This document shows positions 1 through 8,856 of a DNA stretch of 64,000 nucleotides, in pieces. The notes beneath the pieces were generated by a model. That model saw only the letters and a list, made by a program, of their open reading frames with translations. It had not been told where the DNA came from and ran no database searches. Location of the stretch: the NCBI GenBank assembly GCA_965204155.1, contig OZ241971.1, forward strand, positions 57,593-121,592, written 5' to 3'. Each line of letters opens with the position of its first letter. The first letter of the stretch is position 1. This DNA is from Candidatus Rariloculaceae bacterium (GTDB taxonomy: Bacteria > Pseudomonadota > Gammaproteobacteria > Steroidobacterales > Rariloculaceae). A program made the translations under genes and the position numbers.

Positions 1-126
1 CACGACCTTCCCGGGAATACCCTCGCGTACCGCGCGTATAAACGCATTGGTGCTGCCGAAGGCTGACATCGGAACGTCTATGCCCGCCATGGGCGGAGGC
101 AATGTATGGGCGTCGCCTTGCGTCAT
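1..126 (-). CDS. 5' part of a gene running off the window; possible Xre/MbcA/ParS-type antitoxin N-terminus
   Basis: Manual translation MTQGDAHTLPPPMAGIDVPMSAFGSTNAFIRAVREGIPGKVV. Strong RBS (GAGAGGAGG) before ATG at 126. 'FIRAVREGIP' resembles the Xre-like antitoxin HTH start. Only 42 aa visible. Confidence 0.4.
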   Translation of the reverse strand, partial: MTQGDAHTLPPPMAGIDVPMSAFGSTNAFIRAVREGIPGKVV

Positions 127-152
127 GGGACCCTCCTCTCTGGCGTTAACGT

Positions 153-195
153 AGTATAGCATCATTATGATGTCCTAATAACATCATTATGATGC
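153..195 (-). promoter_or_regulatory. Extended -10 promoter (TGcTATACT) overlapped by two palindromic operators CATCAT-T-ATGATG
   Basis: catcattatgatg at 160-172 and 182-194, 22 bp apart. TATACT at 153-158 on the minus strand with TG one base upstream. Confidence 0.65.
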
Positions 196-309
196 AAAAT
201 CAGTCCGGCGACGGTGCGTCGCCGCTGCGATTTGAACGCTTCGCTGGTGGGTAGCTAGTCTTCGCCCGGGCGCCACTCCAGGAGTTTCTTCAACGTTAAC
301 GACCGCTCG

Positions 310-333
310 AACGTGTTTGGGTCCGAACACGTT
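310..333 (-). terminator. Hairpin just downstream of the sulfatase stop; possible terminator
   Basis: aacgtgtt-N8-aacacgtt inverted repeat 6 bp after the stop at 339. No clear U-tract. Confidence 0.35.
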
Positions 334-338
334 TGCTG

Positions 339-1751
339 TCATTCTCCGCTGTGAATGCGCTCGCCTGCCAGCTGAAGCCTGCGAAGGACTTCAGGCTCCA
401 ACGCCGTAACGTCCTTGTACATGAAGTTATCGGGGTTGATCTCGAACAGGGTGTCCTCGCCGTTCAGTCGCATGAGCATGTGCTCGTGGTCGCGCACCGA
501 CCAGCCGGACGTGTTCGAACGATCGATGTCCGAGAACGCATACGGTCGGTCGATTCCCTCCTCCGAGGAGAGGAAACCTGCGAAGCTCACGCTGTCGTGA
601 ACGGTTCCGCCGAAGTCCGCGCCGGCGATCTCCCCGACGGTAGCGAAGATGTCGGTAATCGTGACCAGTCGATCCTCGCGCACGCCCTTGCGGGTGACTC
701 CCGCGCCTGACGCGAAGAAAGGCACATGCAGGCCGCCGGCGTACAGCGTCGACTTGGCCTGACGGTCCTGAATGACAGTCGGCTCGCTGCTGCCGTTGTC
801 CCCCGAGTAAATGATCAGCGTATCGTCGCGCTGCCCGAGTTCTTCCAGTTTCGAGAGCAGGTTGCCGACTTCGGTATCCATCGCCTCGACCATGGCGTTG
901 TAGCACTCTTCATCGTCCACGCTGCCGGCCGCACCCCCTGCACCCATGCCGCCGGCCTCGGCCGCACCGGCACCCATGGCGCCCATACCGCCGCGCCCGC
1001 ACATGTCATTGGTGAAGTGCGTCTCGGTCCGCTCCTGCATGCCGTGGAGGCTCTCGTCCGGCCAGTGTCTGGGGCCATGCGGGGCGTTGTAGGCCAGGGT
1101 GACGAACCAGGGCGAATCCTGTTCCTCGATCCATTCCTCGGCCAGCCGCGTGAGCTTGCTGGTGTTGTACTCGGTGCTGACTACCCTGACGGTTTCCATC
1201 TCCGGCGAATCGATCGTCAGATTCCAGCGGTCGTAACTGCCCTCGGCGCCGAAATTCCCTTCGATGACGCCCGCGAAATACGGTACGCCGTTGGCAACCG
1301 GGTAGGACTCGCCGTTTACTTCGTCCACACCGACGTGCCATTTGCCGATAAAGGCCGAAGCGTAGTTGCCGGTTTCCTCGTTGTCGCTCAGGAATTCATA
1401 GATCGTCTGATCCTCGAGGCGGATGGGAACGCCTCCCGTGAGGACTCCGTTGCGCGCTCCGTGCAGGCCCGTGAGATAGGCTGCGCGCGTCGTAAAGCAC
1501 ATGGGCGTCGCCCAGGCGTTGTCGAAGATCACGCCTTCGTTCGCGAGCGCCGACAAGACCGGCGTGTGGGGCGGGTTGGGATCGTAATGATATTCGGGAG
1601 AGTCCACGACACCCTGGTCGTCGGAAATGATCACAAGAATGTTGGGTTGCTCAGGCTGACTTTCCTGCACAAGCGCGAACAGGCCGACGACCGCCAGACC
1701 AAGGACCATGGCGACAACCGCAAGCTGTTTAATCATTTTATTCACCCCCAT
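339..1751 (-). CDS. Sulfatase family protein (N-terminal signal/anchor), non-canonical CFTTR motif
   Basis: PNILVIISDDQG, CFTTRAAYLTG, GKWHVG, GDNG. Gly/Ala/Met-rich insertion. Confidence 0.88.
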   Translation of the reverse strand: MGVNKMIKQLAVVAMVLGLAVVGLFALVQESQPEQPNILVIISDDQGVVDSPEYHYDPNPPHTPVLSALANEGVIFDNAWATPMCFTTRAAYLTGLHGARNGVLTGGVPIRLEDQTIYEFLSDNEETGNYASAFIGKWHVGVDEVNGESYPVANGVPYFAGVIEGNFGAEGSYDRWNLTIDSPEMETVRVVSTEYNTSKLTRLAEEWIEEQDSPWFVTLAYNAPHGPRHWPDESLHGMQERTETHFTNDMCGRGGMGAMGAGAAEAGGMGAGGAAGSVDDEECYNAMVEAMDTEVGNLLSKLEELGQRDDTLIIYSGDNGSSEPTVIQDRQAKSTLYAGGLHVPFFASGAGVTRKGVREDRLVTITDIFATVGEIAGADFGGTVHDSVSFAGFLSSEEGIDRPYAFSDIDRSNTSGWSVRDHEHMLMRLNGEDTLFEINPDNFMYKDVTALEPEVLRRLQLAGERIHSGE

Positions 1752-1807
1752 TTATTGTCATTTCACATACCGGCTGCGTCGACCCGCAAATCGCGCCAAT
1801 TCCATGT

Positions 1808-2938
1808 TCAGGGACCGGCTCGCTGAGCCTCGTATACCGCTGTTCCGGCTTCCTGCAGACACTCGATCGGGGGAGTGAGTTCCAGGTCCGGTTTGTGGAA
1901 GAAACTGGTCTCGATTTCGAACGGCGCGGTCATGTACTCGGGATCGAACATCGTCGTGTCGACATCGAGTGCCGTGCGGTCGTCGCGCCATCGGAATACG
2001 TGCGTGATCCGCTTCTGCGTACCCGATGGTAGCCCGCGCGCTATGCCCCAGGGATTGGGCTCGAAATTCCGGATGTCGACGCTCAATACGTCACCGTCCC
2101 ATTCGCCCGTGGCGTACCCCCACGTGTAGAGTTCGTCCGCCGGCGGATGCTCGCCGCCGATGTGGACGATCTGCTCCTCGCCTCCCCTGCGAAACACCAC
2201 CTGATCGGCGCGCCGCTCTATCTCCACGATATAGGCTTCAACGTGATGCGCGAACAGGTAGGGCTCCGGGGAGCACCAGGGGTTATCCGGCGCTGCGGTA
2301 TCGAACGCCCGAGCGATCTCCTTGCTTCTCTCATTCAATACGGGCACGAACCGGGTGGATTGCAAAGACATCGCAAATTCCGCGCGAATCTCCGGCGATA
2401 CCGGCTCATACATGTCCACGGGCCGCCCGCTGATTCCATGACGGGCAGCGACCTGCCAAATGCCATCGTAACCCTCCGCCGGTGTCGCGCCGATGGAGAT
2501 ATCCCTGGCAGACCCCCGGGCGGCCAGGGTCGAGGCCGCAACGATCCCGGGGCCGTGAGTCTGCGTCACGACCTCACCGCTCTCGAGCGTGAAAGACACG
2601 CTGTTGGCGACATTCCGTGAACCCGAGCGGAGCGGATTCCCAACCGCAACAACCCGATCGCCGACCTGCAACGAATCGTCCGACCATCCCCTGTCGATCT
2701 GCAGAATCGCCGACTGCATTTCGAAGCTCCACTCCTCGGTCGCGCCGCTGTCGGTAACCCCTTCCACGAAGACGTGCACATGCGGATTGACGAAATCGTA
2801 ACGCGTCACCGTGCCCGTCACCGACACTTCGCTGTTTCTGTCGTACACGGCGCCGCTGTGATGGCCCGAAGCGGCCGGCGGCAAAAGAAAAAACGCGCAG
2901 GCCAGCGCTGTGAGTCTGCGGAATTGGAGTCGTGTCAT
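1808..2938 (-). CDS. Secreted DUF6152-like domain fused to two-Cys partner domain
   Basis: Signal peptide then HHS..YD, NPHV, W.FE, L..GD.V...G.P. C-terminal WCSP..., GYATGEWDGDVL, DPEY, terminal Cys. Confidence 0.8.
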   Translation of the reverse strand: MTRLQFRRLTALACAFFLLPPAASGHHSGAVYDRNSEVSVTGTVTRYDFVNPHVHVFVEGVTDSGATEEWSFEMQSAILQIDRGWSDDSLQVGDRVVAVGNPLRSGSRNVANSVSFTLESGEVVTQTHGPGIVAASTLAARGSARDISIGATPAEGYDGIWQVAARHGISGRPVDMYEPVSPEIRAEFAMSLQSTRFVPVLNERSKEIARAFDTAAPDNPWCSPEPYLFAHHVEAYIVEIERRADQVVFRRGGEEQIVHIGGEHPPADELYTWGYATGEWDGDVLSVDIRNFEPNPWGIARGLPSGTQKRITHVFRWRDDRTALDVDTTMFDPEYMTAPFEIETSFFHKPDLELTPPIECLQEAGTAVYEAQRAGP

Positions 2939-3013
2939 CGGTCGTCCCCCCTGTTCACCAGTCTGAAGACAATCACTGATCGATTCATGGCAACCTCACC
3001 GCGTCGACGCGAC

Positions 3014-4642
3014 TCAGCGCCAGTGGGTCTCCCATTCCCGGACGAGTTCGGCCACCAGGTCGTGGTGCGCCGCCGCGATGTCGTGCCGTTCTCCGGGATC
3101 GGCGACGAGGTCGTAGAGTTGCCAGGAGATTGAACCCGTATCGTCGGGCGGTGCGGCGCCGACAATCTTGTAGTTTCCGCGAATCAACGCGCCGGTGCCG
3201 CCCCAGCCGACGCTATATGTTCCGGGATGTACCGCGTCAGCTTCGCCGGTCAGATAGGCCCAGGCCGAGCGGCCGGCGATGTCGTTGATCTCGCGTCCGT
3301 CTCTGTAGGGTCCGGCGCCCGGATGTTCCCTGCCCGCGATGTCCAGAAAAGTCGGCAGAAAGTCCATCACCGTCATGAAGGTGCTGCTGACGCCGTCGCC
3401 CTCGACGGCAGCCGGGTAATGCACGAACGCGGCCGCGCGAAGCCCGCCTTCGGTGACCGAGCCCTTCTGGCCCCTGAAGGGCGCCGACGCCGCCTCGCCA
3501 AACCCGAGGCCGTGGTCGATATACGAGTTGACCCGGCCGAAATTCTCGAAGCGGTTGTCGGCCACGACGGGGTCTCGGCCCCGGCGAGTGCTCGCCGTGC
3601 TATTCGTGCTGCCCGTGCCGAGGCCCTGCTCGCTGATAGAGGCGCCATGGTCAGCGGAAAACACGACCACCGTATTGTCGAGTTGCCCGCTTGCGTCCAG
3701 ATATTCGATAACCCGTCCAATACTCATGTCGAGGTATTCGATCACGCCGGCATAGATCTCCTGAGCGCGGGCGCGGCGTCGCTGCGCCTCGGCGCTAAGG
3801 TCCGCCCAGGGCTCGGCGCTTGGTTGAAAGCCTTCGAGGTCGGCGCCGGGCGGGATGACGCCGGCGTCCACGGCTCTGGCGAAGCGTTCTTCCCGCAGCG
3901 CGTCGTAACCCGCATCGTACCGGCCGGCATATCGATCCAGCCAGTCATCCGGAAGCTGCAACGGCAGGTGCGGTGCGTTGTAGGACATGAAGGCGAACCA
4001 GGGTCGGCCGGGCTCCGCGGAACTCAGATACTCGAGCATCTTGTCGGTAAATACCCGCGTGGAGTAGTAGTCCGCAGGGAGATCATCCCGCGTCAGGGGC
4101 TTTCCATCTTCCTCGAAGTCGTCCTGGAATTGGTCGGCGAAGTAGCCGCTTGAACTCGTCAGAAAGGAAAAGGATCGATCAAAACCACGGTCGGCGGGCG
4201 TGTAGCCCGAAACGTTTCCCAGATCCCACTTGCCCGTCATGTACGTCGAGTAGCCGGCGTCCTGCAACAACTCCGCGATGGTCGCGTAGTCGAGGCCGAG
4301 CACGCTCTCGCGAAAAGCCTCGGGGTGCGGCTGACTCGCGGCTTCGGCGCCGGCGCTTGCCATCAGCATCAGGCGCGTCGGTCTGCAGGCCCTTGCTGCA
4401 TGCAGATTGTTCAACCGCAGGCCCGCGTACGCCAGCCTGTCCAGATTCGGTGTCGCGATCTCGCTGCCAAACGAACCGATGTCGGTGAATCCCATGTCGT
4501 CCGCGAGGATGAAGAGGATGTTGGGACGGTCGTCTCCTCCCGCGGTCGACCCGACTGCCGGCTCAGATGCGGTTCCGTCTTGCGAGTGTCCCTGTACCGA
4601 TGCAACGAGCCACAGCGCCGTCAGGGCAAGAACTCTCTTCAT
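3014..4642 (-). CDS. Secreted arylsulfatase family protein
   Basis: RPNILFILADDMG, CRPTR, GKWDLG, APHLPLQ, YDLVADPGE. Signal peptide. Confidence 0.9.
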   Translation of the reverse strand: MKRVLALTALWLVASVQGHSQDGTASEPAVGSTAGGDDRPNILFILADDMGFTDIGSFGSEIATPNLDRLAYAGLRLNNLHAARACRPTRLMLMASAGAEAASQPHPEAFRESVLGLDYATIAELLQDAGYSTYMTGKWDLGNVSGYTPADRGFDRSFSFLTSSSGYFADQFQDDFEEDGKPLTRDDLPADYYSTRVFTDKMLEYLSSAEPGRPWFAFMSYNAPHLPLQLPDDWLDRYAGRYDAGYDALREERFARAVDAGVIPPGADLEGFQPSAEPWADLSAEAQRRRARAQEIYAGVIEYLDMSIGRVIEYLDASGQLDNTVVVFSADHGASISEQGLGTGSTNSTASTRRGRDPVVADNRFENFGRVNSYIDHGLGFGEAASAPFRGQKGSVTEGGLRAAAFVHYPAAVEGDGVSSTFMTVMDFLPTFLDIAGREHPGAGPYRDGREINDIAGRSAWAYLTGEADAVHPGTYSVGWGGTGALIRGNYKIVGAAPPDDTGSISWQLYDLVADPGERHDIAAAHHDLVAELVREWETHWR

Positions 4643-4729
4643 GAGTGCACCTTACTGCAAGTGTTCCCCTAATCATTGGAGCAGCCGAACAAGTCGGCCG
4701 GGCGCAGTGCCTGCGAGCCATCATAGCCC

Positions 4730-6163
4730 CTACGGGCGTACGGCGCTCCGCTCGACGTATTCGTCGAAGACTCCGCGGTCATACAGGTCGATGTAGAACG
4801 GATCCGGGTCGCAGGCGTCGACGTTGTACAGGGGGTTGTCGCCTCGGGATCGCCAGATCTCGTGCACGACCGGAAAATGATAGAACTCCGGGTCATGCAG
4901 TGTCAGGGTTTGCCGCAGCGTGTTGCCGTCGGCGCTGAGCCAGATCCGCTCCACGACCCTGGCGTTGCCGGAATAAGGGAAGTGCATCAGCCCGATGACA
5001 CCGGGCCGCAAGTGCGTGATGTCTATTCTCAGGTGGTCTTCCTCCCAGGTCATGACACCGAATCCGTTGGCCGACGGGACGATCTCGAGATCGTCCGGCA
5101 GGGTGTCCGCGAACCAGTCGCGCGCCATCCACTCGTCGCGCATCCGCAGTATGGATTCTTCGTCATGCACGAACTCGACCCGGTTGATGCCGAACATTCG
5201 GTCCCACATCGGCCCCCACGGCTGGCAGCGGGGTGTCGGTGCGTCCGTGGGATCGAACTGGGCGTAGACAGCGGCCCCTGCGTCGGTCAAGGCAAATGCG
5301 CGTTTGGTGAATGCTCCTCTGAAAGGTACAGGTGTACTGGCGCCTCCCCGGTTCGCACGGCCGCCGAACGCACCGTCGAGACGGAAAGGCGTCCGGGCCC
5401 ACTCCACGTCATTTTCGGGCCCCTCATCCGCAGGCACTGCGGTCCAGACAAGCTCGTTCTCGGAGTTGCTCGCACGGTAGACCCCGCTGAACGTACCGTC
5501 GCCGTTTAGCGTACCCGCCAGGCGGCCCTCGTACGGCACTCCGTTCCCCATGCGCAGCTTCAGGGTGAACTTGATGCCATCGCCGTCGACATGCAGGTCC
5601 TCGAGACCGCCGTGCGCCTGTACGACGTATTCGCCCTCGTATTCGATGATCGCGACATCGAACAGCAAAGGCGTTCGCGATTCAGGCTGAAAGACGAATC
5701 GCCACTCGCCCAGATAAGGCGCGACGTAGTCCGGATCCACGCTCCACGATGCAGGATCGTCGGACGAGAGGTCAGCGCCGCCACCAAGGGATACCCCGCT
5801 ACCCGTCTGATCGGTCGAGCCGTATTCGTCGCCGTCGCCGTCGATCATGTGTTGGACGAACACCCAGTTTCTTCCGTCCCTGCCCACTTCGCCGGTGACC
5901 ACGACCTCGTCACCGGGCGCGAAAGTGCCTTCCGCCAGTCCGCTTCTCGACGCGTTCGTGGCACTGGGCTGAACATGGAGCTGCCACCGCTCGCCGTCTT
6001 CGGAGACGGCTTCCCAGCGCACATGCGGGTTGCTCCAGTAGACGCGATCGATCGTGCCCCGAAACTCCATGTTGGTATTGGGCAGAAAATCGACATAGTG
6101 CGAATGGTGGGCCTGGGCAGCCGAAGCGAGCACCAGGCTCAGGAAAATGACATATCGATTCAT
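4730..6163 (-). CDS. Secreted DUF6152-like + extra beta-rich domain + partner domain
   Basis: Start MNRYVIF at 6163 (GAGG RBS). AQA-HHSH, WSNPHV, middle YLGEW...GTFSG domain, C-terminal PRCQPWGP...DACDPDPF. Confidence 0.78.
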   Translation of the reverse strand: MNRYVIFLSLVLASAAQAHHSHYVDFLPNTNMEFRGTIDRVYWSNPHVRWEAVSEDGERWQLHVQPSATNASRSGLAEGTFAPGDEVVVTGEVGRDGRNWVFVQHMIDGDGDEYGSTDQTGSGVSLGGGADLSSDDPASWSVDPDYVAPYLGEWRFVFQPESRTPLLFDVAIIEYEGEYVVQAHGGLEDLHVDGDGIKFTLKLRMGNGVPYEGRLAGTLNGDGTFSGVYRASNSENELVWTAVPADEGPENDVEWARTPFRLDGAFGGRANRGGASTPVPFRGAFTKRAFALTDAGAAVYAQFDPTDAPTPRCQPWGPMWDRMFGINRVEFVHDEESILRMRDEWMARDWFADTLPDDLEIVPSANGFGVMTWEEDHLRIDITHLRPGVIGLMHFPYSGNARVVERIWLSADGNTLRQTLTLHDPEFYHFPVVHEIWRSRGDNPLYNVDACDPDPFYIDLYDRGVFDEYVERSAVRP

Positions 6164-6205
6164 GACAACCTCATCAATGTGTTCGCGACGCAATAACCGG
6201 AGAGC

Positions 6206-8611
6206 CTAGTTGCCGCCGAAATCCTTGCTGAGCACGAGCGAGAGCATGCGCGGCGGCGCACGGTCGGCATAGTTGATCAGGTTCGGAGAACGTCCACGGG
6301 CCGGCCAGGGACCGTGGAAGATGCCTCCGAACAGGACGGCGCTGCGTTCATACGTCTTGTCGGCCAGGTTGGTACCTTCGAGCGACAGGGACAGCGCCTG
6401 TTCAGGCCAGGTCATCGTGATGCGGCCGTTCAGCAGGGCATAATCGGGCAAAACGGTGAATTCGTCCCTGTTGACGTTGCCGAAACTGACCATGTCGTCC
6501 TGCCAGGTGTAGTTCAGGCTGGTCCTGAGTTCCCCGCCCCAAACGTCCGCCGTGTAATTCAGTGCCGCGGCGTAAGAGTACTTGGGCGTATTGGTAATCT
6601 GGTCCCTTTCACCGAAAGGACCCGAGAGTACGGCATCGGTCTCGACTGCATCCACATGACCTACGGACAAATTGACGATCAGATCGTCGGTGAAGGCGAA
6701 GTCCATATCCGTTTCCCAACCGTCGCTCACGACGTCGCCGAAGCTTCTGAGGACCAGAATCACCGAACCGGTGGAAAAGTCGAGATCAAATCCCTGCCGG
6801 TTTTGCTGATCCATGTCGAACAGCGTGAAATTCCATCGCAATCGGCCGTCCATCCAGGTCGAACGCAGGCCGATCTCGCTGCTGATCACCTTCTCGGGCG
6901 GCAGCGGCGCCAGCTCGTAATCGTCCGGGTGGAACTGGGCCGGGTCACTCGCCCCCCTGCCGGCCGGATGCGAGTAGACACCCGCGCGGTAGGCTTTCGC
7001 ATGCGCCGCATAGATCATGAGGTCGTCGTTGATCCGATGATCGAGCGCCACCCGGTAGTCGGTCTCCGTCCAGTTCTCGGAGTCGGTGTCGACCCAGGTG
7101 CAGTTGGGATCCCGGACCAGGACATCAGCGGACGTGGCAGACGATGTTGTGCAGTTGTTCCATCCCCTGATATTGAAGTCGCCACTCTCCCATTCCTGGA
7201 ACCGCGCGGCGTTGTCTTCATCCGTGTACCGCAGGCCGAGCGTCAGACTCGTCGCGTCATTGGCGAAGTGATAGGTTCCCTGGGCAAACACGCCCAATGC
7301 CTCGTACTGCCACGTGTCGAACCAGATGTCCCGAAAGTCCGCGTCATTGTCCGGATTGTGGTTGCGGACGACGTAGCGATCCTCGGTCTCCTCGGCGTCG
7401 AAGTAGTTGATGCCCGAGACCAGATCGATCCGGCCGTCGGCCAGCGCCGAATTGAGCACGACCTCGACCGTCGTGGCCTCGGTCTGATAAGTCTCGTGGC
7501 GTATCTCCGCGCCGTAGCCGAGCCAGTCCACCGCCCGGGAGTTCCAGATGTCGTGCTGTCCCGCCGAGACCTTCAGGCTGTGGTCTTCGTTGAGGGCCCA
7601 GTTCACGCTCGCGCTGATCTGGCTGTTGTCGGCGCGCGACCAGGTGTCGCAGCCCGGGTCCCAGCTCGGCTCCATGTCGTAAAGGAAGCAGAAACCCGAC
7701 TGCGAGTAGTCGTCGAGAATCAGCCGTTGATCGCCTGATGTGAGTGCCGGCAGCCCGTTCATTACCAGCGATCTGTTGAGCTGTCCAAGGTGGTTGGACA
7801 GTGGATTGATCAGTTCGACCGAGGTGATCGTCCGGGTTGACGGATCGCCCATGGCCTCTTCCGTGCGGTACTTGAAATCGACCGTCACGTCGTCGTTCGG
7901 CACCCATCGAAAGGCCAGGCTGCCGAGCGTATCGTCGATGTCGCCCGTATCGCCCGAGTCGCCGGAAACGCCCACTCTCGTGAAGTAACCGTCGCGATTC
8001 AGGCTCGCGACATTGGCTTTCATGAAGAATGTGTCGCTGAGCGGGACGTTGACATCGAACTCCACGTCGGCGCGCCCGAAGTTGCCCGCCCGCAATTCCG
8101 CGTTGGCGTAGAACTCTTCGCTGGGCTTGCGCGTAATGACGCGGATTGCGCCGGCGGTCGAGTTTCGTCCGAACAGCGTGCCTTGCGGCCCGCGTAGCAC
8201 CTCGATCGACTCGACGTCGACGGCCCTCAGGGCATTCCGGTTGGGGCTCGGGAAGTAGACGTCGTCGATGTAGAACGCCACGGCGGACTGCGTGCCCTGG
8301 CCGGTAATGCCGCGAATGTTGAAATTCGGGTTCGTCGCGCCCTGGGTCCTCGACGGCCTGATATTGAGGTTCGGCGTGGCGGACTGGATATCGAACATGT
8401 CGACGATCACCCGCTCCTCGAGCACCTGGGTCGAAAAGGCCGCCACCGAGAGAGGCGTGTCCTGAAGCGACGCCTCGCGGCGTTCCGCCGTGACGACGAC
8501 CTCCTCGAGCGTCTGCGCAAAAGGCGCCGCAGGCGCGAGCATGGCCACGATTGCTCCGATCACCGGAATCGATCGACAAACTTCTCTGTGGACGACAGTG
8601 CTGAATCTCAT
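6206..8611 (-). CDS. TonB-dependent receptor
   Basis: TonB box-like TLEEVVVTA, plug motifs VYFP..N and VEVLRGPQGTLFGRNSTAGAI, beta-barrel pattern. Start MRFSTVV with GGGAG RBS. Confidence 0.95.
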   Translation of the reverse strand: MRFSTVVHREVCRSIPVIGAIVAMLAPAAPFAQTLEEVVVTAERREASLQDTPLSVAAFSTQVLEERVIVDMFDIQSATPNLNIRPSRTQGATNPNFNIRGITGQGTQSAVAFYIDDVYFPSPNRNALRAVDVESIEVLRGPQGTLFGRNSTAGAIRVITRKPSEEFYANAELRAGNFGRADVEFDVNVPLSDTFFMKANVASLNRDGYFTRVGVSGDSGDTGDIDDTLGSLAFRWVPNDDVTVDFKYRTEEAMGDPSTRTITSVELINPLSNHLGQLNRSLVMNGLPALTSGDQRLILDDYSQSGFCFLYDMEPSWDPGCDTWSRADNSQISASVNWALNEDHSLKVSAGQHDIWNSRAVDWLGYGAEIRHETYQTEATTVEVVLNSALADGRIDLVSGINYFDAEETEDRYVVRNHNPDNDADFRDIWFDTWQYEALGVFAQGTYHFANDATSLTLGLRYTDEDNAARFQEWESGDFNIRGWNNCTTSSATSADVLVRDPNCTWVDTDSENWTETDYRVALDHRINDDLMIYAAHAKAYRAGVYSHPAGRGASDPAQFHPDDYELAPLPPEKVISSEIGLRSTWMDGRLRWNFTLFDMDQQNRQGFDLDFSTGSVILVLRSFGDVVSDGWETDMDFAFTDDLIVNLSVGHVDAVETDAVLSGPFGERDQITNTPKYSYAAALNYTADVWGGELRTSLNYTWQDDMVSFGNVNRDEFTVLPDYALLNGRITMTWPEQALSLSLEGTNLADKTYERSAVLFGGIFHGPWPARGRSPNLINYADRAPPRMLSLVLSKDFGGN

Positions 8612-8856
8612 GTGAATACTCCCTTGCGCATTGTTTTGTTTTTCAATCGCCACCCATCCTGACGATGGCGACACAGGTGACTCCTTGGCACTTTATCTTA
8701 TCAATCTCACTAAGCGCCGATCCTCTGAAAGGAGCGGCAAATGGCTGAGTTTTTTGTAAAACTCCATGAATTTTGCGGTCGGGAAACGGCAGCGCCAGCG
8801 CGCCATAGGGCATAATCCTGACCTAAAAATCTGAAGGGCTCTTGAGGGATTCGATA

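Noticed and set aside
6314-7738. Long antisense ORFs (also 726-1826, 57689-58705, 62354-63535 etc.)
   Set aside because: Typical shadow frames of high-GC coding DNA with no recognisable motifs, opposite well-supported genes.
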